From a bacterium (GTDB lineage: Bacteria > UBP14 > UBA6098 > B30-G16), in NCBI GenBank assembly GCA_030613005.1, contig JAUWMV010000011.1, positions 1,740-65,739 of the forward strand: 64,000 nt of DNA, given 5' to 3'. Positions 33,765 to 43,915 of this stretch are shown here, in pieces (positions within the stretch are counted from its first letter, which is position 1; the number at the start of each line of letters is the position of its first letter). The notes under the pieces are model-generated. The model was not told where the DNA came from and made no database searches. It was given only the letters and a program-made list of their open reading frames with translations. Both the position numbers and the translations under genes were made by a program.

Positions 33765-34160
33765 ATGTCTGCAAGATCATTTATATTTATTATTGTCAGC
33801 CTACTCCTTTTTTCATTTTCGAATGGCAAAGAAAATGAATCAAAAAATGAACCTCAACTTCAAGAAAAGCAATTAACAGTTGAGGAATTTATCGCTGTAT
33901 ACGTTGATCTATCTGTTGCTGCCGAGCAATTCCTCGACGACACATTAACTCTCACTGTTGCTCAGGACAGCATTTTTTCAAAGCACGAAATTACTCGACA
34001 GAGTTTTGAGGACTTTCGAAAAAAGGTCGATGAAAATCCCGAGAAATGGGCATATATATGGCAGGATATAATTAAAAGATTAGAGGAACTGGATCGAGGG
34101 GAGCAACCCGACGTTAAAGTCGAAACAAAAAAGGAAGAAAAGAAATCTAAGAAAGATTAA
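33765..34160 (+). CDS. Hypothetical small secreted protein (coiled-coil, Lys/Glu-rich tail).
   Basis: Signal peptide. 131 aa. Immediately upstream (2-nt gap) of the LplA-family gene. Confidence 0.45.
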   Translation: MSARSFIFIIVSLLLFSFSNGKENESKNEPQLQEKQLTVEEFIAVYVDLSVAAEQFLDDTLTLTVAQDSIFSKHEITRQSFEDFRKKVDENPEKWAYIWQDIIKRLEELDRGEQPDVKVETKKEEKKSKKD

Positions 34161-34162
34161 GA

Positions 34163-34924
34163 ATGTCCAATATTCCTGTGTTTTTAGATACCGCACATGA
34201 AATTCTTTTGGGTGGCAAAAAATGGCTCCTTCTTAAAGATGGATATCTCACCGGTCAGGAAAATATGGACAGAGATCGTAAGCTTCTTCAATGGGCATAT
34301 AAAAATCAAAATAGCATTCCCGTTTTGAGATTTTTCCTATGGAAACCTCCAGCAATTTCACTTGGCTTTGGTCAAGATATAAAAGAAATAGATATTGAAA
34401 AATGTTCGGCAATGGGAATCGACGTTGTTAAACGACCCACTGGTGGTAAAGCTATATTCCATCATACTGAATTCACATATTCGATTACAACACCACCCTA
34501 TCATATTCTCTCGCAAATGAGTATTCTTAAAACCTATAATGAAATTAGTCGTGCTCTGGCATTAGGATTGAAAAACCTTGGATTAAATGCAAAACTCTCG
34601 AAAGGTGATCCCACATTAAGCACAAAGAATCCTTCGTGCTTCTCCTCGACATCCAGATATGAACTTGTGGTAAACGAGAAAAAAATAGTAGGTAGTGCAC
34701 AACGCAGAAAGAATGGAGCTGTTCTTCAACAGGGCTCAATATTAGCTGGACCACAATATCTTAGATTATCTGATTTCATTCTAACCCATCGTGAAATTGT
34801 AAAAGACGAACTTGAAAATCACAGCACATATATAGAAAAATGCCTTGGCTATATTCCTGATTACGAAGATTTTATTTCTGCAATGGTCTCCGGCTTTAAA
34901 TCTGCGTGGGAAAATACATTTTAA
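34163..34924 (+). CDS. Lipoate-protein ligase A-family catalytic domain protein (LplA/LipM-like octanoyl- or lipoyltransferase).
   Basis: BPL/LplA/LipB catalytic-domain motifs VVKRPTGGKAIFHH and KIVGSAQRRKNGAVLQQGSIL. ~250 aa without the LplA C-terminal accessory domain. Confidence 0.7.
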   Translation: MSNIPVFLDTAHEILLGGKKWLLLKDGYLTGQENMDRDRKLLQWAYKNQNSIPVLRFFLWKPPAISLGFGQDIKEIDIEKCSAMGIDVVKRPTGGKAIFHHTEFTYSITTPPYHILSQMSILKTYNEISRALALGLKNLGLNAKLSKGDPTLSTKNPSCFSSTSRYELVVNEKKIVGSAQRRKNGAVLQQGSILAGPQYLRLSDFILTHREIVKDELENHSTYIEKCLGYIPDYEDFISAMVSGFKSAWENTF

Positions 34925-35014
34925 GAAACTCACTTTATAAAAGTTTTCAAATCGATTTTAGTTCTTAACTTATAGAAACCTTACTTTTGTGTAAATTTAT
35001 TGATAAAGAGCAAG

Positions 35015-35045
35015 TTATGAGTACAACTCATAATCTCTTTTTTTG
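35015..35045 (+). terminator. Candidate intrinsic terminator after the LplA-family gene.
   Basis: Hairpin TTATGAGT-ACA-ACTCATAA (35015-35033) followed by CTCTTTTTTTG. Confidence 0.45.
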
Positions 35046-35105
35046 TTTACATAGATTACTAGATTTATTATTTTTCAGGATTTAATTGAAAAAATTCTAA
35101 TCAGC

Positions 35106-36767
35106 ATGAGAATATTAATGCGAGGATCGAAAACAAATAAAATTGTATCATTGTGTTCACTGGCAATTATCACTGTATTGATAGCTCTACCTCATACTAC
35201 ACTAACATACGAAAAATGTGGAACTTACGATGCAATGAACCTTTTTAGAACTACTCGAGTCACAGTTTCGCGACCAATACTTCCTTTTTATGTAGGCACT
35301 GAGCACTTCAAAATATGGTTCGACACATTGACTATTTATCCCGGCGATGCTAATCTTAATGGAATTCCAGACTATGCAGAATCCTGTGCAGTTTACCTTG
35401 AATATGTTTGGAAAATATATTTCGATTCACTTGGATATAAAACACCCGTTCCTGACTCGATGGGATTAGAAGATCCAGACCTTTACGGTGGAGACCCAAG
35501 AACGGATGTGTACCTTAAATCATTTGCGAGTAACTTTTACGGTCAAACTATGAGTACAGAATACTTTATGGACAAAAGAAACGCTTCAGCATATATAGAA
35601 ATGAATTCAGATATGACTAAACTCCCCAATTATTCCGAAAATCCCTATCCCGCATTAGCAGTTACCTGTGCCCATGAATTCTATCATGTAATTCAATTCG
35701 GCTATCGTTATCCATATACAGCACTTGAGATAGCATCGTTTATATGGTGGTTAGAAGCGAGTGCAGTATTTCACGAGGAATTTTGTTTCAATGATATCAA
35801 TGATTATTATTACTACATCCCCTATTTCCAGGAGAAACCACAGATACCTCTTTTTGCAAATATTCCAGACATATGGTATGGAGCTGTTCTTTTTACTCTT
35901 TTTTTAGAGGAATTTTTAGCGCCAGAGAATGTTCGATTTACAGGTGAATTTCTAAAATCGGTCTGGGAACATTGTGTCGATATGGATCCATATACTTCAC
36001 TCACACAAGAGCTAAACAATAGGGGAACCAATCTATCCACAGTTTTGCAGATTTTCTCATTATGGAGACTTAGAGTTGATCGATATTGGACAGAGAATTT
36101 TTTTGTTGAAGGTATAAATTATTCATCGCCTAGATCAGAAACTATAGAATTCGAAAACGACGAAATAATAATTCAGAATTCGATCGCTCCTCTCTCTGTA
36201 CGATATTACGAATTATCATATGGTCATTATGAATACGGTGTAAAAGCAATATTAGATTATTTAAATCCATATACAAGGGGCTGGCTTATGACACAACCTA
36301 TGGAGTTTTGCGGAAAAGAACAAATTGCTGCAATATACTCAGATACAAATCGAACAATTGGAATTCCTGGGCGATGGCAATACTACAGCATTTTCTTTGC
36401 TCCAATATTATATTCCTCGACAAATGATAGTGATTTCATTCTCAGGATCGAAAAATCGGAAGAAGATTCGGTTCCAATGGAAAAAAATATAATTGTATCC
36501 AAAGCATATCCGAATCCATGTACAAACACAGACTCGATTCATTTCGATATCGATATTAACCAGCCTATCGATATGGAAATCGCTATATTCAATGCATCTG
36601 GAGAAGTTGTATGGTCTAAGGAAATATCCTACAAAATCCCTCAAGAAACCTCTTTGACATGGGATTGCAAGAACTTCAATGGCAAAGATGTCACAAGTGG
36701 AATTTATATCTACAAAATATCATTTGGAAAAAATAAAATATTAGGGAAAATCTTTCTTGTCAGGTAA
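35106..36767 (+). CDS. Secreted HExxH zinc metalloprotease with T9SS C-terminal sorting domain.
   Basis: Zincin motif CAHEFYHVIQFGY. Signal or TM N-terminus. C-terminal ...SGIYIYKISFGKNKILGKIFLVR Por-secretion-tail pattern. Confidence 0.65.
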   Translation: MRILMRGSKTNKIVSLCSLAIITVLIALPHTTLTYEKCGTYDAMNLFRTTRVTVSRPILPFYVGTEHFKIWFDTLTIYPGDANLNGIPDYAESCAVYLEYVWKIYFDSLGYKTPVPDSMGLEDPDLYGGDPRTDVYLKSFASNFYGQTMSTEYFMDKRNASAYIEMNSDMTKLPNYSENPYPALAVTCAHEFYHVIQFGYRYPYTALEIASFIWWLEASAVFHEEFCFNDINDYYYYIPYFQEKPQIPLFANIPDIWYGAVLFTLFLEEFLAPENVRFTGEFLKSVWEHCVDMDPYTSLTQELNNRGTNLSTVLQIFSLWRLRVDRYWTENFFVEGINYSSPRSETIEFENDEIIIQNSIAPLSVRYYELSYGHYEYGVKAILDYLNPYTRGWLMTQPMEFCGKEQIAAIYSDTNRTIGIPGRWQYYSIFFAPILYSSTNDSDFILRIEKSEEDSVPMEKNIIVSKAYPNPCTNTDSIHFDIDINQPIDMEIAIFNASGEVVWSKEISYKIPQETSLTWDCKNFNGKDVTSGIYIYKISFGKNKILGKIFLVR

Positions 36768-36922
36768 GACATTTTTTCTTTAAGCTTGATTTTATTTATA
36801 TTAACCGTAAAACGATGTGTCTAATTCAAATAGTGAATTTTCCAAATTGAAAAAATTTGCTTATGCATAAAAAAAAATGAAAAAAATATTACCAAAAGTA
36901 AAAAAAATATTGGAAACCTTGT

Positions 36923-36994
36923 AAGACCTAACTATATATTATATGTGAATTGTATCCGCCCGGTTGTCTCACCTAATTATTCCAATTAGGTCTT
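36923..36994 (+). promoter_or_regulatory. Nested inverted repeats in the 5' region of the pilin operon. They could form mutually exclusive hairpins.
   Basis: AAGACCTAA (36923-36931) and CCTAATT (36972-36978) can each pair with the shared 3' arm AATTAGGTCTT (36984-36994). A GC-rich CCGCCCGG sits in the long loop. The element ends 34 nt before the pilin start at 37028. Confidence 0.3.
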
Positions 36995-37027
36995 GAAAAT
37001 TATTACTTAAGCTATATTAATACATCT

Positions 37028-37579
37028 ATGAAATTGTATTTCAGAAAACATGCAGGATTAAGTTTAATGGAAGTAATGACTGTAATAATAATTACAGGAA
37101 TCCTTCTAGCAACATCGTTCTTCGTGCTCAAAGGAGTCGGAAATAAAATGCACCTTAACGGAACAGCAATAAATGTAAAGCAGGATTTATCATTGGCTAG
37201 AACTAAGGCTCTCGAGGGTGGTACAAACCACGCAATAGATTTTTCTTCGGGAACAACCCCTGAATACTGGACAATATCTCGATTTGATTCGGATAGTGGT
37301 GTATGGATAGAAGTCTTCAGAAGAAATCTACCATCTAAAATTATATTTGGTAAACCAAACGGTGTAACTACCGGTCCTGATGGTTCAACAATTCCCGCGG
37401 ATGGAGTATCCTTCTCAGGCAATAAATTGGTTTTCACACCCAGACAGGGTACTACATCGAGTGGTACAATTTATTTCACATTCAGAGATGGTCCAAAAAC
37501 TTCCGATCTAAAAGCAGTAGAAGTTAATGCTGCAGGCAAAGCTATAGTATTTACATACGATGGAACTAAATGGTATTGA
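37028..37579 (+). CDS. Type IV pilin or pseudopilin with prepilin-type N-terminal cleavage/methylation domain (FimT/FimU/PilE-like).
   Basis: Class III signal GLSLMEVMTVIIITGILLA (Gly at -1, Glu at +5). Confidence 0.7.
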   Translation: MKLYFRKHAGLSLMEVMTVIIITGILLATSFFVLKGVGNKMHLNGTAINVKQDLSLARTKALEGGTNHAIDFSSGTTPEYWTISRFDSDSGVWIEVFRRNLPSKIIFGKPNGVTTGPDGSTIPADGVSFSGNKLVFTPRQGTTSSGTIYFTFRDGPKTSDLKAVEVNAAGKAIVFTYDGTKWY

Positions 37580-37627
37580 TTGAAATAGATAAGTATTTAA
37601 ATTAAAAATTTTTATATTAAAAGAATA

Positions 37628-38080
37628 TTGGAAATGAAGCTAAGAAGAAAAATAAATAACCCGGATGGTTTCAGCTTGCTGGAGGTGATGGTCGCCTTCA
37701 CAATCCTTATGATAGGTGCAACAATGCTTATACCATTCTCCTTCTTTGCTATTCAGAAAAATATGTATAACAAACGAATTGTAAATGCTCGATCTGTAGC
37801 AGAACAGTTTACAGAGCAGCTAAGAGCCATAAGTTATTCAGATCCTTTAATTTCTGACGATTCTGATACCACAGATTTGTATGATTTTTCAAATCCAGAT
37901 CATATAGATAGCGTAGAAGCTGAGAATTTTCTTTATGAACTAAAATGGAATGTCGCTGAGAATGTGCCGTCAAAAGATGTGAAATCTATTTGTATTTCCG
38001 TTGAATGGGTAGAATCGGGTTTAAATACTCAAAAAAATAGCATTGCTTTTATTACATATAAGACAACTGCAGCTCGGTGA
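37628..38080 (+). CDS. Type IV minor pilin (PilV/GspI-like).
   Basis: Prepilin motif GFSLLEVMVAFTILMIG. Confidence 0.65.
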   Translation: MEMKLRRKINNPDGFSLLEVMVAFTILMIGATMLIPFSFFAIQKNMYNKRIVNARSVAEQFTEQLRAISYSDPLISDDSDTTDLYDFSNPDHIDSVEAENFLYELKWNVAENVPSKDVKSICISVEWVESGLNTQKNSIAFITYKTTAAR

Positions 38081-38128
38081 CATAAAAAATTTTTAGAAAA
38101 AAAATCATTTTTTTGGAATTGCAACGCA

Positions 38129-39073
38129 ATGAAGAAGAAAAATTGGTTAACATTACATTCAGGTTTATCTTTGACAGAGCTCTTAGTAGCAATGGTTTTG
38201 ATATCACTTCTCCTACTTGGTACATTCTACATGTTCTCTAACTTTTTCGCCTCTACTCTTGCTTCGCAAAAAACCACCGTAGAGCAATCAGATATTCAAG
38301 TTGCATCTCAATTCATTAAATGGGACATTCTAATGACAGGCTATGGTCTCGCAAGAAATGTTGTTCCCATTACAATAACTGACAATTCCGGGGAGAACAA
38401 TTCCGATATTATTACTTTACGATCCACCTCCTTTGGTCTCGGTGGTGATAGAGGAAAATGGACCTATATTATGCAACCTATTACAGTACCTACAAATTTA
38501 ATTACAGTTCGAAGATGGGACAATGAGGACGACATCGATACTAATGATTACATAACAATTTTAAGTCCTCTAAAAATGAAAGTAGGTGCACTGGTTTATC
38601 AAGTTGTGGCTGTAACAGAAACAATAACTACAGATAGTATACCAGTACTTATTCTTCAGTTAAATCAATACTTAACAACCAGTACAAATTTCGTATTCGC
38701 CTCGACAGACCCAAATGGTTATGAAAGTATTGTTTATTCACTAAACAACGGCTCTCTTCTCAGAGACGATAAAGTCTTCCTCGAAAATATCGCCGATTTT
38801 CAGATGTCTCTCTGGATCGATATTGACGGTGATAGGAGAATCGACAGTGGAGAAAGATATTATGATACATCACCGGTATATTCAAATCCTGCATTGATAC
38901 CAAAAATCCGATTAACAAAAGTAGTCTCTCTAACTGCAACTCAGGGGAGTCAAAATTATCGTTACGGGTTAGATTCTATTAAAGTTGAAAATAATGTTAT
39001 AAACACCAATGCTGTGGGTAGAAACAAAAAGTATGACCTTTGGGAATCTAACTACAACCCAAGGAATTTCTAA
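38129..39073 (+). CDS. Type IV minor pilin (PilW/GspJ-like).
   Basis: Prepilin motif GLSLTELLVAMVLISLLLLG. 314 aa. Confidence 0.6.
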   Translation: MKKKNWLTLHSGLSLTELLVAMVLISLLLLGTFYMFSNFFASTLASQKTTVEQSDIQVASQFIKWDILMTGYGLARNVVPITITDNSGENNSDIITLRSTSFGLGGDRGKWTYIMQPITVPTNLITVRRWDNEDDIDTNDYITILSPLKMKVGALVYQVVAVTETITTDSIPVLILQLNQYLTTSTNFVFASTDPNGYESIVYSLNNGSLLRDDKVFLENIADFQMSLWIDIDGDRRIDSGERYYDTSPVYSNPALIPKIRLTKVVSLTATQGSQNYRYGLDSIKVENNVINTNAVGRNKKYDLWESNYNPRNF

Positions 39074-39075
39074 AT

Positions 39076-39546
39076 ATGAAGCTCAATGCTAAAAATCGAC
39101 ATGGTATAGCAATGCTTACAGTTTTACTTATCGTTATATTCATGATTATTATTGCGGGTGTTGTTTTGAATCTCATTGTTGGTGGTATTCGTATTAGTGG
39201 AAGTTCACGACGCTATTTCTCCATATTTGAAGCAGCAGAATCCGGTCTTGAAATTGGTTTTATTCGCATCGAAGAGGCAGCTGATAATGCTACAGTGGTC
39301 GATGAAAGTAACTTTAATGTGGGTGATAAAACCATTAATATTACCGTCGATGAAATGTTTACTGGTACAGTTGCTGGCGCAGGTATAGGTTTTGGCGGTT
39401 CCGGATATGAAGGTATCGGAGCCGGAATTTCTGCCGGGGGCAGTGCAAAATATTACAGATTAGAATCTCAAGCATCAGGTTCTCAAGGCGAGAAAAGCGT
39501 TCTCGAAAGTGTTTATCGAAAAATCATAGGCGTACAAGCTAAATAG
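39076..39546 (+). CDS. PilX/GspK-like minor pilin.
   Basis: N-terminus RHGIAMLTVLLIVIFMIIIAG resembles the PilX N-terminal domain. Gly-rich C-terminal region. 2-nt gap from the upstream gene. Confidence 0.5.
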   Translation: MKLNAKNRHGIAMLTVLLIVIFMIIIAGVVLNLIVGGIRISGSSRRYFSIFEAAESGLEIGFIRIEEAADNATVVDESNFNVGDKTINITVDEMFTGTVAGAGIGFGGSGYEGIGAGISAGGSAKYYRLESQASGSQGEKSVLESVYRKIIGVQAK

Positions 39547-39744
39547 TTCTATTATTATTTGTTTTACTAAGAACTGTTGAATAGTTAATAATTGAAAGAT
39601 TACATATTAAAAGGAGGACTTTTAAGCATAAATATTCAATTTCAATAGGCGATTATTTATGGGTCATATGTCAATTTTTCTACTTTAAAACACGGAATCG
39701 CACGGATGGATACTGGATATATTTTAAACATCCAGGAGGAAATA

Positions 39745-42700
39745 ATGTATAAAAAAATAATGTATCTTTTTCTTGTAGCATTTATTCTAATAAGTTTATC
39801 TTCAGCTCAACTTATCCGAAGAGACTCGCTGGATGTACCACCGTGCAATGTACCTCCATTTATCTCCGAAACGATTGTCCCAAATGTAATGATGATCATC
39901 GACAACTCTGGCTCGATGAATTATGAACCATATACAGGAACTTACGACGAAGCATCGCTTTATTATGGTTATTTCGATCCTGATAGCTTCTATGAATATA
40001 ACACCTCAACAAATATTTGGGAACCTACACAAAGCTGGTCAGGTGTGGCGGATTTATCCGATCTTAATCACATGAAAATGGTTGGCAACTTGCTTAACTA
40101 CATGTACATGCGGCGTCTCGATAACCTAAGAAAAGTTCTGACGGGAGGAAGAATATATGACAAGGAATATGCCGCTGATGAAAGAATTATCTTCGACGGC
40201 AGTGCTGGTAGAGGTGATAGTTATTATAGATATTTTTATGCCGACGACAATTGCTTCTACAGAACAAGAATGGGTTACGCCTCAAGCGATGGATCGTATC
40301 ATAGGTTATATTATCTATATAAAAGACATGACTGCACAAGCGGTGACTTGGAGTATATAGCAACTCCAAAAGCATATCTGCGCGTTCGCAGCAATGTTAC
40401 CGAAAGCGAATTTCAAGGTGGTATTATTCACAAAATATTTGACAAGGTTAAACTCGGCATGGCTCACTTTCACAACTCTGATGGTGGATATATTGAATAT
40501 CCCTGTGGTACAGTTACTGAGGAAACTTATATAGATCATATCAACAATATGTATTGCGATTCATGGACTCCACTTGCAGAAACATATTATGAAGTAACTC
40601 GATATTTCAGAGCTACGAACGGTTATTTTAACGTCACGGATTATTCGAGCATCGATCCTATAGACGGTTGGTGTCAGAAGAACTTTGTTATTTTAATCAC
40701 GGACGGAGAAAGCACAATGGACCTTGAAATTCCCGATGAATGGTTAAAAGATTACGACAATGATGGTAATGACCCCGGTTCCTTTGCTTCCAGCGGTTCA
40801 GATTACCTTGATGACATTGCATTATGGTCCCACACAACAGACCTTAGAAGCGATTTTGTTAACGAACAGGAAATGTCGCTTTACACGATTTATGTTTTCG
40901 GAACTTCAAGTATGGCAATAGATCTTCTCTCTGATGCAGCAAAAAACGGTGCATTCGATGATAAAAACGCAAATAACATCCCAGATTTACCTGAAGAATA
41001 TGACCTTGATAGTGATGGTGTACCGGATGGCTTTTTCAATGCTGAAAACGGATACCTTCTTGAAGATGCTCTAATTACTGTTTTCGTAAATCTTCTCAGA
41101 CGATCAGTATCATCTTCAGCTGTATCTGTTGTATCGTCCACATCAAAGGGCGAAGGTTTAGTCTTTCAAGCATTTTTTCAACCTGCTAAATTCGTTGGAA
41201 GTGCACATCTAAGTTGGATTGGCGATCTTCACTCTCTATGGATCGACCCATACGGAAATATGCGTGAGGATACCGATGGTGATGGTAAACTCGATATGGA
41301 AGATGACTACATTTCAAGGATCTATTTCGATCCTGTTGCAAATAAAACCCGTGTTGACCTATGGGAGGATACAGATGGAGACGGTGATGGTGACCTACTA
41401 ATAGACAAAGCAGACCTTGACATAGTTAAATCTGTTTGGCGAGCGGGAGAAAGACTGAAAAACGAACCTGCATCGAGCAGAAAAATATTTTATGTTAGCA
41501 ACTCAAGAGCATTCTACATGGATTCTGCTCTTTATGCAGGAGCACCCGGTATTGCCGATTCTGCAGAAGTAGTTGATTTAGAGAGTTCGACCTGGGAATT
41601 TAAAACTTCGTATGTTGACAATGTAAAAAGATATCTTGCTGTGACATCCACAAGTGTAGCAGAATCTCTAATAAATTATATACGAGGTGTGGATTATGAA
41701 TACACTCGAACGAGAACAATCGGTTCAGATGTCTGGAAATTGGGAGATATTATCAATTCCTCACCAAAATATGTAGGTGCACCAGCTGAAAGATATGATC
41801 TCATTTACTCTGATACAAGTTATAAACCTTTTTATATCAAATATAAAAACAGAAAACCAATAGTTTTTGTAGGTGGTAATGACGGTACTCTTCATGCTTT
41901 CAACTGTGGAAGATATGTCGAGTTACCAGGCCAACAGGAAAGAGGCTATCTAATATCCAGTGGTTATAATCTTGGTGAAGAAATGTGGGCACTAATTCCA
42001 CACAATTTACTACCTCATCTCAAATGGTTAACCGACCCAGAATACTGTCATGTTCCATATGTCGACCTTACTGTTAAAATTTTCGATGCAAGAGTTTTTG
42101 CTGACGATGATGCTCATCCCAACGGCTGGGGAACGATTTTAGTGGGTGGACTTCGTTTTGGAGGCTCTGAATACACTGCTCAATTTGACACAGTTTCCAC
42201 AAGCGATACATTGACTTTAGGTAAAACATATACTCCATCATATTATGTAATTGATATTACGGATCCTGAATACCCAGGATTTATGTTTGAATTTTCCTCG
42301 GACGATCTTGCATATACAACTTCCAGACCAGGAATAATGTTATCGCAAGGAAAATGGTTCCTATTATTGGGTTCTGGTCCAGTGGATATGATTGGTCTGA
42401 GTGATCAAAAAGGCAAGTTATACGCATTAGACATATCTAATATTAATTATAAGGTTACTTCGGAACTCAAATATGTTATCGATCCGGTAACAGCAAGCAA
42501 CCATGGTGTTTTTATACTTCCCGATGATAATTCGCATTTCGGTGATTTTACACCGGTTGACGCCAATATTGACGGCACTGTCGATGTTGTTTACTTTGGC
42601 ATTTCATATCTTGAATCTGGTAATTGGAAAGGAAAGATCTATCGCCTTAATACAAACAATAGTGCCAGTCCTGGGGATTGGCTACTCTCGAATCTAATCA

Positions 42701-43371
42701 CCATTCCCGCTCCGATTACAACATCTCCCGTTGCTACAATCGATGCAAATGGTAATCTATGGGTATATGCTGGTACCGGTAGATATTTTTCCGATCAGGA
42801 TGAACAGGATATTTCATCTCAATATATATTCGGTGTAAAAGATCCATACTGGCAGACTGGTGGGTCAGAAATTAGTTGGGATAGTCTCTTCGATGTTTCA
42901 AACGCTTCTGTCCAAATAACTGACACAGGTACATACGTTTACGGTTTAGGAGAGGAAATGTCATATTCTGAGCTTAGGGTTAAAATTAGTGCTAAATCAG
43001 GATGGAAACGCACACTTCAAAATTTAAGAGAAAGAATTATCTCAAATCCAATTCTTATTGGTGGTGCATTATTTTTCACAAGTTTTGTGCCTTCAGAAGA
43101 CATATGCGCATTCGGTGGAACATCTAGATTATACGGTGTTGATTATTTGACTGGAATTCCGGGAGAGACCGCGATTTTAGGACAAGATTCTGAGGGATGG
43201 TTATACCATTCGGTATTATTAGGAGAAGGAGTACCATCAAGTCCTGCGGCACATATCGGAATTACAGACCAAGCCACAATTCTCGTTCAGCTTTCCACAG
43301 GTACAATCTCACAAACTGCTGCGAGTATTAAATCTCCGAAAAGTGGTTCTCTTTTCTGGCGAGGAAAATAA
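39745..43371 (+). CDS. pilY1: PilY1/PilC-like type IV pilus tip adhesin: vWA-like N-domain plus C-terminal beta-propeller.
   Basis: Start placed at the ATG with AGGAGGAAATAATG. The track ORF begins 39 nt earlier. Signal peptide MYKKIMYLFLVAFILISLSSAQ. MIDAS motif MMIIDNSGSM. TPLAETYYEVTRYF (PilY1-characteristic). EF-hand-like loop DTDGDGKLDMED (nt ~41269-41305) and a second DTDGDGDGDLLID. C-terminal ~500-aa propeller region (NWKGKIYRL). Confidence 0.8.
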   Translation: MYKKIMYLFLVAFILISLSSAQLIRRDSLDVPPCNVPPFISETIVPNVMMIIDNSGSMNYEPYTGTYDEASLYYGYFDPDSFYEYNTSTNIWEPTQSWSGVADLSDLNHMKMVGNLLNYMYMRRLDNLRKVLTGGRIYDKEYAADERIIFDGSAGRGDSYYRYFYADDNCFYRTRMGYASSDGSYHRLYYLYKRHDCTSGDLEYIATPKAYLRVRSNVTESEFQGGIIHKIFDKVKLGMAHFHNSDGGYIEYPCGTVTEETYIDHINNMYCDSWTPLAETYYEVTRYFRATNGYFNVTDYSSIDPIDGWCQKNFVILITDGESTMDLEIPDEWLKDYDNDGNDPGSFASSGSDYLDDIALWSHTTDLRSDFVNEQEMSLYTIYVFGTSSMAIDLLSDAAKNGAFDDKNANNIPDLPEEYDLDSDGVPDGFFNAENGYLLEDALITVFVNLLRRSVSSSAVSVVSSTSKGEGLVFQAFFQPAKFVGSAHLSWIGDLHSLWIDPYGNMREDTDGDGKLDMEDDYISRIYFDPVANKTRVDLWEDTDGDGDGDLLIDKADLDIVKSVWRAGERLKNEPASSRKIFYVSNSRAFYMDSALYAGAPGIADSAEVVDLESSTWEFKTSYVDNVKRYLAVTSTSVAESLINYIRGVDYEYTRTRTIGSDVWKLGDIINSSPKYVGAPAERYDLIYSDTSYKPFYIKYKNRKPIVFVGGNDGTLHAFNCGRYVELPGQQERGYLISSGYNLGEEMWALIPHNLLPHLKWLTDPEYCHVPYVDLTVKIFDARVFADDDAHPNGWGTILVGGLRFGGSEYTAQFDTVSTSDTLTLGKTYTPSYYVIDITDPEYPGFMFEFSSDDLAYTTSRPGIMLSQGKWFLLLGSGPVDMIGLSDQKGKLYALDISNINYKVTSELKYVIDPVTASNHGVFILPDDNSHFGDFTPVDANIDGTVDVVYFGISYLESGNWKGKIYRLNTNNSASPGDWLLSNLITIPAPITTSPVATIDANGNLWVYAGTGRYFSDQDEQDISSQYIFGVKDPYWQTGGSEISWDSLFDVSNASVQITDTGTYVYGLGEEMSYSELRVKISAKSGWKRTLQNLRERIISNPILIGGALFFTSFVPSEDICAFGGTSRLYGVDYLTGIPGETAILGQDSEGWLYHSVLLGEGVPSSPAAHIGITDQATILVQLSTGTISQTAASIKSPKSGSLFWRGK

Positions 43372-43409
43372 TTTTTTTTATAAAATTTGAAAGATGGAGG
43401 AGGATATAA

Positions 43410-43871
43410 GTGAAAAAGATAATTTTAATAATATTAGCTGCTATTATCGTTGTGGGAACTCCTGTATTCGCGAAAAAAAAGCCTAGGAAAAAAATTAGCA
43501 TGGAAGCAATGAATCCTTATTTACAGAATACCAATATTATGGATAAATTTGATTATTTAAAAGTTAAAAACAACCCTAATGCAGCAGATACTGTTATAGA
43601 ATTTACAACATGTTTTACAATTATTAATTTAAGAATCGAACTATCGGATGACTTATTCGAATTAGATAAAAATGTTGAGGTTATTAAAGTACCGACACTG
43701 TTATTCTTTGGGGAAAAAGAGGACCACTACATCGATAAAATTATGAATGGAACTCCCGGCAAAATTGAAGAAATACAACCAAGTTCACTGGCAAGAATAT
43801 TTCTACAATATCACAAAGGTAAAATTTCCGTTGTGAGAATAGAATATAGCAATGAATTTCTTGAATCATAA
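43410..43871 (+). CDS. Hypothetical secreted protein, possibly co-transcribed with the pilus genes.
   Basis: GTG start with GGAGGAGG RBS, 38 nt after pilY1. Signal peptide. No prepilin motif. Confidence 0.45.
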   Translation: MKKIILIILAAIIVVGTPVFAKKKPRKKISMEAMNPYLQNTNIMDKFDYLKVKNNPNAADTVIEFTTCFTIINLRIELSDDLFELDKNVEVIKVPTLLFFGEKEDHYIDKIMNGTPGKIEEIQPSSLARIFLQYHKGKISVVRIEYSNEFLES

Positions 43872-43915
43872 ATCATATTCTGCAACTGATAAAATTGTAT
43901 ATTAATATTTAATAT

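Noticed and set aside
43340-43380. Intrinsic terminator after pilY1 (CTTTTC-N7-GAAAA plus T-run).
   Set aside because: The stem is only 5 A/U-rich base pairs. The next gene starts 38 nt later with a strong RBS and is probably co-transcribed.
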